The notes beneath the pieces were generated by a model. That model worked only from the letters and a program-made list of their open reading frames with translations. It was not told the origin of the DNA and searched no databases. The position numbers were made by a program, and so were the translations under genes. 64,000 bases of DNA from Bacteroidota bacterium (GTDB lineage: Bacteria > Bacteroidota > Bacteroidia > Bacteroidales > Rikenellaceae): the NCBI GenBank assembly GCA_015222165.1, contig JADFUS010000004.1:396-64395 (forward strand). The letters run 5' to 3'. Numbering within the stretch: position 1 is the stretch's first letter; every line of letters begins with the position of its first letter. Below, piece after piece: positions 1 to 8,800 of this stretch.

Positions 1-2
1 CG

Positions 3-1922
3 ACAGTAATACCAGAAATAAAATCTATCTATAATTACGAATTTAGTAACGATGAATCGATGATTCTTATAGCAACAAATGTTGCAGAAATTTATCGTCA
101 CTCATATACAGCTAAATATTGGATATATAATATTGCTGATAAGAGTCTTACAGAGCTTTCTGAAGGAAAAAATCAAGAGGTTGCAAGTTTCTCTCCTGAT
201 GGTTCTAAGGTTGCTTTTGTTCGTGAAAATAACCTTTTCTATGTTGATATTGCTTCAAAAGAAGAGGTGCAGATGACTACAGATGGTAAATTTAATTTCA
301 TATTAAACGGTAAACCAGACTGGGTATATGAAGAAGAATTTGCTTTTAGCAAAGGTTACGAATGGTCTAAAAATTCTAAAAATATTGCTTACTATCGTTC
401 TGATGAAGAGCGTGTTAAGGAATATCACATGAATCGTTTTGATGAGAAATTATATCCTACAGTTTACAGTTACAAATATCCTAAAGCTGGAGAACAAAAC
501 TCTATAGTTTCAATATATTCTTATTCTCTTGAAGGTGCGAAAAGTGTTAAAATGAATATTGGTGATGAAGATGACCAATATGTTCCTCGTATTCAATGGA
601 ATGGAACTTCTCTTATGATTTTCATAGTTAACAGACTTCAAAATGAATTTGATATTCTTCAATGTAATATTAGTGACGGAACTTCAAAAGTAGTATATAA
701 TGAAAAAGAAGATTGTTATATAGAACGTCTTACCGATGACTCAGTTCTTTTCTTACCCGATGGCGATAGATTTGTTGTCAAAAGCGAGAAAAATGGATTT
801 ATGCACCTATATTTATATAGTATAACTAGTGGTGAACTAAATGCTATAACAAAAGGAGATTGGGAAGTTGTTAATTTCTTAGGTGTAAATAAAGATGGTA
901 AAGTTTTCTATACTTCAACAGAAACTTCTTCTGTACGTCGTAATCTTTATTCTGTAAATTTAAATGGTAAAAGAAAAAAACGTCTTACAACTGGCGACGG
1001 AATGTATCGTATATCTTTTAACAAAAATTTCAGCTACTATATAAGTTATTTCTCAAATACAACAACTCCAAATGTTGTCACACTTCATAAAGCTAATGGT
1101 TCGTTGGTTCGTGTTCTTGAAGATAATGCTTCTCTAAAAGCTCGTATTGCAGAATATAAACTTCCTGTGAAAGAGCTTATGACAATAACAACAGAAAAAG
1201 GATTTGAGCTAAATGCTTATATCTTGAAACCTCTAGATTTTGATGTTAATAAAAAATATCCATTATTTATGACACAATATAGTGGTCCTGCATCTCAACA
1301 AGTTAGTGATTCTTGGTATATATCTTGGGAATATGCTCTTGTAAATGAAGGTTACCTAGTTGTTTGTGTAGATGGTCGTGGTACTGGTTTCAGAGGTGAA
1401 GAATTTAAGAAATGTACATATAATAATCTTGGAGGTCTTGAAGTTATAGATCAAGCAGATGCAGCAAAATATTTTGCTAAACAAAGTTATGTTGATGGAA
1501 GCAGAATAGGAATTTATGGTTGGAGCTACGGTGGTTTCATGTCGTTGAATTGTATTCTTAAACATTCAGATATCTTTAAATCGGCTATTGCAGTTGCTCC
1601 CGTAACAAGTTGGAGATATTATGACACAATATATACAGAGATATACAATGGTCTTCCTCAAGATAATCCAGCAGGTTATGACGATAATTCTCCTCTAGGG
1701 TTTGCTAAAAATCTAAAAGGTAATTTGCTTATTGCTCATGGTTCTGCCGATGATAATGTTCACCCACAAAATACTTTTGAGATGATAAGAAATCTTGAAA
1801 AAGAGGGTAAAATGTTTGATATGGTAATCTATCCAGATAGAAATCATAGTATGTATCCAGAAAGATGGCCTCGTAGAAATCTTATGAACAAATGTATTTT
1901 TTTTGTTAAAGAAAAACTATAA
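3..1922 (+). CDS. dipeptidyl-peptidase IV family serine peptidase (S9B), N-terminus off-window
   Basis: The frame of ORF 60..1922 stays open back to nt 3, so the gene is 5'-truncated by the window edge. The GWSYGG nucleophile elbow plus downstream GSADDNVH and DRNHSM give an S9 Ser/Asp/His triad. The long propeller-type N-part matches DPP-IV. Confidence 0.9.
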   Translation, partial: TVIPEIKSIYNYEFSNDESMILIATNVAEIYRHSYTAKYWIYNIADKSLTELSEGKNQEVASFSPDGSKVAFVRENNLFYVDIASKEEVQMTTDGKFNFILNGKPDWVYEEEFAFSKGYEWSKNSKNIAYYRSDEERVKEYHMNRFDEKLYPTVYSYKYPKAGEQNSIVSIYSYSLEGAKSVKMNIGDEDDQYVPRIQWNGTSLMIFIVNRLQNEFDILQCNISDGTSKVVYNEKEDCYIERLTDDSVLFLPDGDRFVVKSEKNGFMHLYLYSITSGELNAITKGDWEVVNFLGVNKDGKVFYTSTETSSVRRNLYSVNLNGKRKKRLTTGDGMYRISFNKNFSYYISYFSNTTTPNVVTLHKANGSLVRVLEDNASLKARIAEYKLPVKELMTITTEKGFELNAYILKPLDFDVNKKYPLFMTQYSGPASQQVSDSWYISWEYALVNEGYLVVCVDGRGTGFRGEEFKKCTYNNLGGLEVIDQADAAKYFAKQSYVDGSRIGIYGWSYGGFMSLNCILKHSDIFKSAIAVAPVTSWRYYDTIYTEIYNGLPQDNPAGYDDNSPLGFAKNLKGNLLIAHGSADDNVHPQNTFEMIRNLEKEGKMFDMVIYPDRNHSMYPERWPRRNLMNKCIFFVKEKL

Positions 1923-1948
1923 GGTATAAATATTTAATATAAATAAAA

Positions 1949-1977
1949 ATCGACAATGTTTAGTTGTCGATTTTTTG
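1949..1977 (+). terminator. intrinsic terminator after DPP-IV gene
   Basis: 8-bp stem ATCGACAA/TTGTCGAT with a 7-nt loop, followed by a T-run. Confidence 0.75.
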
Positions 1978-1997
1978 GTTTTTACATAAAAAAATGT

Positions 1998-2005
1998 TAT
2001 CTTTG
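1998..2005 (+). promoter_or_regulatory. Bacteroidota -7 promoter box (TATCTTTG)
   Basis: Exact TAnnTTTG match, 23 nt before ATG 2029. Confidence 0.5.
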
Positions 2006-2028
2006 CTTATAACTTAAAATTGAATATT

Positions 2029-2769
2029 ATGAAAAATATCCTTTATTTAGCTGTTCTATTGTTACTCCCTTTCACAGTGATAGGTTGTAATAACAATGAT
2101 GATTATCAAACTGAATACATCTCTTTAGGTTCTGTAGATAGAGAGACAACTGGAGATTTTCTCTTAAAACTTGATGATGGAGAGTTAGTTCGTCCATTAA
2201 GTTTTAATTCAGATGCTGAAAATGGTAAACGTATACTTATGACTTTTGTATATGAAAATGATTATGCAGAAAGTGCTGTAATTGATCATGACGTAAGGTT
2301 AACAGGTTTTAGTTGGGTGCTTACTAAGGATATTATCGATTTAACAAATGATAATAAAGATGAAGTTGGAAACGATCCTTTTGTCGGAATAGAAGGTATT
2401 GATACGGGAGGTGGATACATAAATGTATATTTTTGTTTTCTTGCAGATTATGAGCAACACTTAATTAATATGGTTGAAAATAAAATAGAAGATAGCTCAA
2501 GCACTTCAACAGACGAGATTAATTTAGAATTCAGACAAAATGCTCATGGTGAAACTGCTGGTTATGAATATCTTGGACTTGCTTCTTTCCCAATAAAAAA
2601 ATATATTGATAAAGCTGTTGGTAAAGATAAAATAACTTTTAATATAAAAGTTAAATTATATAATGGACAGGAAAATAATATAAAAGTTTCTTATAATATT
2701 AAATCTCCAGAAAAAAGTATTGTTTCTCAAGGCGAAAATAAATATATTAATAGTTCGCATTTTAAATAA
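2029..2769 (+). CDS. NigD-like lipoprotein
   Basis: Signal peptide with lipobox (FTVIGC). The blocks LKLDDGELVRP, GKRILMTFVY, VLTKDIIDLT and EVGNDPF resemble the NigD N-terminal family pattern. I prefer ATG 2029 over the TTG at 2020 given by the ORF track. Confidence 0.6.
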   Translation: MKNILYLAVLLLLPFTVIGCNNNDDYQTEYISLGSVDRETTGDFLLKLDDGELVRPLSFNSDAENGKRILMTFVYENDYAESAVIDHDVRLTGFSWVLTKDIIDLTNDNKDEVGNDPFVGIEGIDTGGGYINVYFCFLADYEQHLINMVENKIEDSSSTSTDEINLEFRQNAHGETAGYEYLGLASFPIKKYIDKAVGKDKITFNIKVKLYNGQENNIKVSYNIKSPEKSIVSQGENKYINSSHFK

Positions 2770-2788
2770 AAAAATAAATTTTTTAAAA

Positions 2789-2830
2789 AGTAGATTATTC
2801 AATAATTTTTTTGAATAATCTACTTTTTTG
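2789..2830 (+). terminator. intrinsic terminator
   Basis: 14-bp perfect stem AGTAGATTATTCAA/TTGAATAATCTACT followed by T5. Confidence 0.85.
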
Positions 2831-2909
2831 TGTGTTTTAAACATTTTTAGGTAGCTATTTCTATTAAATATACCTAAAAGTGAGAATTGACGTGCTTTGT
2901 TCTATCCCA

Positions 2910-2917
2910 TATCTTTG
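2910..2917 (+). promoter_or_regulatory. Bacteroidota -7 promoter box (TATCTTTG) for the hmu locus
   Basis: Exact TAnnTTTG match, 23 nt before ATG 2941. A TTTG lies upstream at 2896..2899. Confidence 0.5.
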
Positions 2918-2940
2918 CATCAGAAAATAAAAATAGATTA

Positions 2941-5091
2941 ATGATGAAGAGAAGTGTGGTAATTTTGTTGCTTTTGATGTTGTGTTCGGTAAGTGTTTTT
3001 GCTCAACATAAAAAGTATAATATAACGGGGCAAGTTTTAGATTCAATAAGTAAGAAACCTCTTATGGGGGTATATGTTACTACCGATAAAATTGGAGGAC
3101 AGACAGATAAAAATGGCTGTTTTACTATAAAAAATGTTCCTCAAGGAGAAGTTAAATTAAGTACGATGTACTATTCTTCATATCCTACAGTACGAAAAAA
3201 TATCAATTTAAGTAAAGATACAACGGTAAATTTTTTATTAAATGAACAATTGCTTCATATGGGGCAAGTAGTTATTACAGGAACACGAACAGAACGTCAT
3301 TTTTCTGAAGCACCAGTTCTGACAACAATTATTAGTGAAAGAGAGATAGAAAAATCGGCTTCTGTTTCAGCTCTTGAAGCTCTTCAAGATAATATCCCAG
3401 GCATAATTATTACACCAAACGGAATGGGAGATAATATGCGTATTAAAGGTCTTAATAGCAGATATATATTGATCTTAGTAGATGGTGAACGTCTTGTTTC
3501 CGAGGGTGCAGGGGGTAATATTAATCTTAATCAAATTGGGGTTGATAATATCAAAAAAATAGAGATGATAAACGGAGCATCGTCTGCTTTATATGGTGCA
3601 AATGCCGTAGGAGCAGTTATAAATATCATAACAAAAAATCCAATTCATAAAATAGAGGCTGGGGCAAAAGTAAGTTATCAAAATAATAATACGTTGAAAA
3701 CTATGGTCGATGTAGGGTCAAATTTAAAAAAGATTTCTACACGTGCTAGTGCTTTCAGAAATTCCTCAGATGGTTTTGGAGGAGATGGCGATGACAGCGG
3801 AGCTTATGCTGCGAGATATGCAGATTATGGAGGGAATTTAAAGTTTGGCTATAAACCTGTTGAAAGGGCAGATATAAATTTTGTAGGTAGATTTTTCCGT
3901 CATGAAACGTTTAATCCCGAAGAGAGTATGAGTGTCTCTCACTCATTAACAAACAAAATGTCTGTAGGTTTAAATGGAGGTTATAAATCCTTAAATTCAA
4001 AAAATAATTTAAGGGTAAGCATAAACTACGATAACTTTTTGGATTATGATGTTTTAGAACAGAAATCTGATGAGAAAAGCAAAAAAAATAGTGCAGGTTA
4101 TTTTTCTACAAGAGCAGTAAATACTTTTAGACCTAACGAAAAATGGGAAGTTGTAGGAGGTATAGAATATAATTATGAAAAAAATTATGCTACAAAAACT
4201 CTAGGTTCAGAACCTACGACAAAAAGTATTGATGATGTAAATCTTTTTGGTCAGGCAGAATACGAATTTTTAAAGAATTTTGATGTTGTTGCGGGAGCAA
4301 GATATACCTATAACACGCAGTTTAAATCAGCATTAACACCAAAGTTATCCTTAAAATATAGTGTTGCAGGTTTCAATTTTCGTGGAGGAGTAGGAACGGC
4401 ATTCAGAGCTCCGAGTATCAAGGAGTTATACTATGATTTCAATCATAACGGAATGTTTTGGATATATGGTAATCCAAATCTAAAAGCAGAAAAAGGCGTT
4501 TATCTTTCGCTTTCTGCCGAATATACAAAAGGTCTTTTTAATGCTTCTGTTTCAGGCTATTACAACGATATTACTAACAAAATTACACAATATGATGTTA
4601 TCAATTCCATGGGAGGAAATGAGAAATATTATGTTAATGTCAGTAGTGCGACAATTCGTGGAGTAGATTTAAATGCTTCGTATCTTTTTTTCAGAGAATT
4701 AGAATTAAAAGGTAATTATAGTTTTTGTGATGCTAAAGATAATTCAACAGGCTTACAGTTAAGTAGTAATGTTAAACATAGTGCTACATTATCAGCTACA
4801 TGGAATGGTAAAATTGCTAGAAGTCCTTTTTCTCTTCAATTTGCTGGTCGTTTAAATTCTCCAAAACTTTATCAAGAAAAAGTCATTGATGATTCAGGCA
4901 GTGAAGTAATAAATAGAAAAGAGTCTAAAAAATATTCTATATGGAAAGCTGTTTTAGTGAAGCCTTTCAGGATAAATAAAAACACTATAGAGGTTACTCT
5001 AAAAGTAGATAATATTTTCGATTTTAAAGAGTCCTCTTTTGTAAATCCCGGAAGACAATATCTTATTGGTCTAAGATATTCATTCAAGTAA
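2941..5091 (+). CDS. hmuR: TonB-dependent heme receptor
   Basis: Signal peptide MMKRSVVILLLLMLCSVSVFAQ, a CarboxypepD_reg-like N-domain, then plug and barrel. The FRAP box (AFRAPS), a His (FNHNG) and the NPNL box (YGNPNLKAEKG) lie in one stretch, which is the classic heme-receptor signature. The gene sits directly upstream of the hmuY homolog. The TTG 2887 start is judged a spurious extension. Confidence 0.85.
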   Translation: MMKRSVVILLLLMLCSVSVFAQHKKYNITGQVLDSISKKPLMGVYVTTDKIGGQTDKNGCFTIKNVPQGEVKLSTMYYSSYPTVRKNINLSKDTTVNFLLNEQLLHMGQVVITGTRTERHFSEAPVLTTIISEREIEKSASVSALEALQDNIPGIIITPNGMGDNMRIKGLNSRYILILVDGERLVSEGAGGNINLNQIGVDNIKKIEMINGASSALYGANAVGAVINIITKNPIHKIEAGAKVSYQNNNTLKTMVDVGSNLKKISTRASAFRNSSDGFGGDGDDSGAYAARYADYGGNLKFGYKPVERADINFVGRFFRHETFNPEESMSVSHSLTNKMSVGLNGGYKSLNSKNNLRVSINYDNFLDYDVLEQKSDEKSKKNSAGYFSTRAVNTFRPNEKWEVVGGIEYNYEKNYATKTLGSEPTTKSIDDVNLFGQAEYEFLKNFDVVAGARYTYNTQFKSALTPKLSLKYSVAGFNFRGGVGTAFRAPSIKELYYDFNHNGMFWIYGNPNLKAEKGVYLSLSAEYTKGLFNASVSGYYNDITNKITQYDVINSMGGNEKYYVNVSSATIRGVDLNASYLFFRELELKGNYSFCDAKDNSTGLQLSSNVKHSATLSATWNGKIARSPFSLQFAGRLNSPKLYQEKVIDDSGSEVINRKESKKYSIWKAVLVKPFRINKNTIEVTLKVDNIFDFKESSFVNPGRQYLIGLRYSFK

Positions 5092-5115
5092 AAATAATAA
5101 TTAAAAAATAATAAA

Positions 5116-5751
5116 ATGAAAAAGTTATTACTATCAATGTCAGTTGCACTCATTACACTAACATCATGTTCAAAAAATGATGACCCAACACCAACACCAG
5201 TTGTGTCCGAAACAAAAGAGGCTTCTATCGATGCAACTTCAAAAACGGCGTGGACTTATTTTTCTCTTTCAGAAAATAAAGTTGTAGCTACAGCAGAAGA
5301 ATCTGATGCGGAAAATGCGAAATGGTTTGCTCGTGCAGATTGGGATATTGCAGTGTGTCGTTATAAAATCCGTACTAATAGCGGTGAGGCTACGACTGTA
5401 GGTTCGAAAGGCGGTGTTTATACTTTTGATAAAGACACCAAATTTGAAGCTGTAACAAAACTAAGTTCAGATATTAAATTTACAGCAGATGAAAAAACTT
5501 CTCATGTAGCTATGGGAGGTAAGAAAGTTACAGAGATTAAATCTAATGTACTTGTTGTTGAGATGAAAAAAACATGGGACGAAACAGAGAAGGAGTGGAA
5601 AACAATAATGCCTCCAGTATATCTTCAAACTCCAGTTTATATTTTTAGAACAGCAGATGGTAAAAATACTTATAAAGTACAGTTTACTCAATACCAAGAT
5701 GAAAATAAAGAATCAGGACACGTTAAATTTTATTCAGCACACATTATTTAA
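5116..5751 (+). CDS. hmuY: HmuY-family heme-binding lipoprotein (hemophore-like)
   Basis: Lipobox LTSC. The blocks SIDATSKTAWTYFSLSENKVV, WDIAVCRYKIRTNSGE and IFRTADGKNTYKVQFTQYQDE parallel the P. gingivalis HmuY blocks TIDASKYETWQYFSFSKGEVV, WDMALHRYDVRLNCGE and FVRGADGNIAKVQFTDYQDA, as I recall that sequence. Confidence 0.85.
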   Translation: MKKLLLSMSVALITLTSCSKNDDPTPTPVVSETKEASIDATSKTAWTYFSLSENKVVATAEESDAENAKWFARADWDIAVCRYKIRTNSGEATTVGSKGGVYTFDKDTKFEAVTKLSSDIKFTADEKTSHVAMGGKKVTEIKSNVLVVEMKKTWDETEKEWKTIMPPVYLQTPVYIFRTADGKNTYKVQFTQYQDENKESGHVKFYSAHII

Positions 5752-5773
5752 GCCATTTTGTGAATAGAATTAC

Positions 5774-5825
5774 TTACCGAAGATTATTACTATAGGGGTA
5801 ATATCTTCGGTAATACGTGTTTTTA
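5774..5825 (+). terminator. long imperfect hairpin plus T-run between hmuY and hmuS (attenuator or partial terminator)
   Basis: TTACCGAAGATTATTAC (5774..5790) pairs with GTAATATCTTCGGTAA (5798..5813) with one bulge and a 7-nt loop. GTGTTTTT follows. Confidence 0.55.
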
Positions 5826-5836
5826 AAAAATAAAAA

Positions 5837-8800
5837 ATGAAAAAGAAAAAATATTTATATTTTGGGTTGATTATATTTCTTGCGGTGTTGTTGGGTATAG
5901 GATATAGCTGTTTTATGTCAAAAACAAAAATTGCAACATTGAATTTCCCAAGTTTCACAGTTGAAAAATTTATTAGGTCAAATAACAATCCATTTGTAAC
6001 TATAGAGAGTGTAGGGTTAGATGAAGTAGAAAAAATATCAGATTATGATATGGTTTTGGTGCGTATACATGGTAGTAGTCTTACAAATGTACATTTCCAA
6101 GCTATAAAAAAAGCTATTGAAAAAGGAGTCTCTGTTTTTTCAACTGAGAGTGATAATGCTAAGATAAATTCATTAAAAGGTAGAGAGTTAGAATATGTAT
6201 CCACATTGATGGATAATGGTTCTGTGAAAAATTACGGTAGTCTTTTTAATTACGTTAGAAAATGTATAGATAAGAAATCTTTTTTTAATGGAGAATATGC
6301 TGAGCCAATGATAATTCCCGATGATTATTTCTTTCATATTGGAGATGATAATTTTTTTGCTACTTACGAAGAATATCAATCTTACTATGAAAAATCGGGT
6401 AATTATAAAAAAGATGCTCCTCGTGTTATTCTTTTATCTGGAAATATAAATATGCAGAATTCCAATGAAGAACACATGGTTGCGATAATAAATTCTCTTG
6501 AAAAAAGAGGATTAAATGTATATCCAATAAATTCCTTTGGTGCAAAAAAATTAAAGATGATTTCTGATGTTAAGCCCGACCTTATCATCAATCGTCCTCA
6601 CGGTAGATTGCTAATGGGTGGTGGAGAGAGAGGAACTTCTTTGTTGAAAAGATTAAACGTTCCTATTCTTGCCCCCATTACCGTGAGCGATTTACACGAC
6701 AAATGGCTAGTAGATAAGCAAGGTATGTCTTCTGGTGGAATGACTTCCATGAGTGTTGTTATGCCCGAGTTGGACGGTGCTATTGCTCCATTTGCTATTG
6801 CTGCACAGTTCGAGCGAAATGGTATGCGTATTTTTGATGCTATACCAAAACATACTGAGAAGTTTTGTAGTATGGCAGAGAAATTCACCAAGCTACAGAC
6901 AAAAAATAACAGAGATAAGAAAGTTGCCATATACTATTTTAAAGGTGTAGGCAAGGGTGCGGTTTCGGCTGCTGGTATAGAGGGTGTAGAGTCGCTTTTT
7001 AATACACTACAAATGTTAAAAGCGAACGGTTATAATCTATCTGGTTTGCCAAGTGATATAGAGGTTTTTAAATCTATGATACAAAAACAAGGCTCTGTAT
7101 TAGGAACTTATGCTCTAGGTGCTTACGATGAATTTTTGAAAAATGGGAATCCTGCTCTTGTAGATGTTACTACATTTAAAAGTTGGTCGGAGGATATTTT
7201 ACCTCAAAAATTAATTGAGGATATGAAAAGTCAATATGGTGAAGCTCCAGGAGACTATATGGGCGTAGAGAAAGAGGGAAAGAGTTATATCGCTGTGGCA
7301 CAAATTACATTTGGTAATGTTGCTATTTTGCCACAGCCTCTTCCTTCTGTCGGTGATGATATTATGAAATTAGTTCATGGTGTGAAAGGAGCTCCAGCCT
7401 ATCCTTATGTAGCTTCTTATTTATGGACACGCAATCAATTTAAAGCCGATGCGTTGGTTCATTTTGGTACACATGGAAGTTTAGAGTTTATCCCAGGCAA
7501 GCAAATTGCTCTTTCTGACTACGATTGGAGCGATGCTCTGGTTGGTGATATGCCACATTTCTATATATACACTATAAGTAATATAGGAGAGGGTATCATT
7601 GCTAAGCGTCGTACTTATGCGACATTAATATCCCACCTTACAGCGCCTTTTATGCAGAGTGAACTCTATGATGATTTGAAAATACTTGAAAATAGAATTC
7701 ATAAAATGGAGCAGATGGAGGAGAGTAGTATAAAACAAAACTACAGAGAATCTATTACTAAATTATCGAAAAGTCAAAATATTCTTTCGGCACTTTCTCT
7801 AGATTCTACAAAAACTTTAAATGATAAAGATATTCATAAAATACATATGTATCTTGAAGAGATAGATGCTTCAAAAGTCATAGACGGTCTTTATACTTTA
7901 GGGAATGTATATTCTAAGGAGAATCTTTTTAACACAACACGATTGATGTCTATAGATGCCATACGATATTCACTTGCTTATATAGACGTGGCACATGGAA
8001 TAATATCTATAGACAAGTTGGAAGATTTAACTTTTATGGCAAAGAGATATAATGCTAAAACAGAAAGAATAATTAAAAGAGCTTTAAGAGGAGAGAGTTC
8101 TAAGAAGTTATTGAAGTCTATAATTTCAAAAAAAGACTTACAACTTCTTACTTCTATAGAAATTCAAGAAAGAGAAGCAATGATGCGAATGGGTAAGATG
8201 ATGAGACAAATGGGTGTTAAGAGAGAGAAGAAAACTCCTATTTTCTTAGATTCTAAAGGTGTTATTGTTGAGGCTGAAAAAGTTGTTAAGAAAAAAGAAA
8301 AAACAGCTCCTTCAATGATGCAAAAAATGGCACAAGCAAAATCTATGGGAGCAGAAGAACAAGGAAAATCTCAAAATGAAGAGCTTGTTTCGGCGTTAAA
8401 ATCCGTTAAGGAAGCTGTCATGGGTATTACGGCGATAAAAGAAAATCTGAGAAAAAGTACGAAGCAGGAACAACTCTCTTTGTTGAATGCTCTTAATGGA
8501 GGATATATTTCTCCAAGTTCTGCGGGAGACCCTATTGTCAATCCTCACGCTGTGCCTACGGGACGAAATTTTTACTCTATAAATCCTGAAACCACTCCTT
8601 CTGCCGAAGCGTGGAAAGTTGGTAAGCGTTTAGCAGAAAATCTTCTTGAAGCTGAACTTTCTGCAAAAGGCAAATATCCTGAAAAAGTTAGTTTTACACT
8701 TTGGTCATCAAATTTCATATCTAGTGAGGGTGCGACAATTGCTCAGGTTCTTTATCTTCTAGGTGTAGAGCCATTGCGAGATGGATTTGGATATATTCGT

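Noticed and set aside
2887-2940. TTG-initiated N-terminal extension of the receptor gene (MTCFVLSHIFASENKNRL)
   Set aside because: The TATCTTTG promoter box at 2910..2917 lies inside it. A canonical signal peptide begins at ATG 2941.
2831-2940. Possible B12 riboswitch or Fur box ahead of the receptor and CobN-like cluster
   Set aside because: The region is short and AT-rich. It has only a 9-bp hairpin (2845..2879) and no B12-box-like GC-rich core. The CobN-like gene belongs to a heme (hmu) context rather than cobalamin synthesis. I could not support a Fur-box call by eye.
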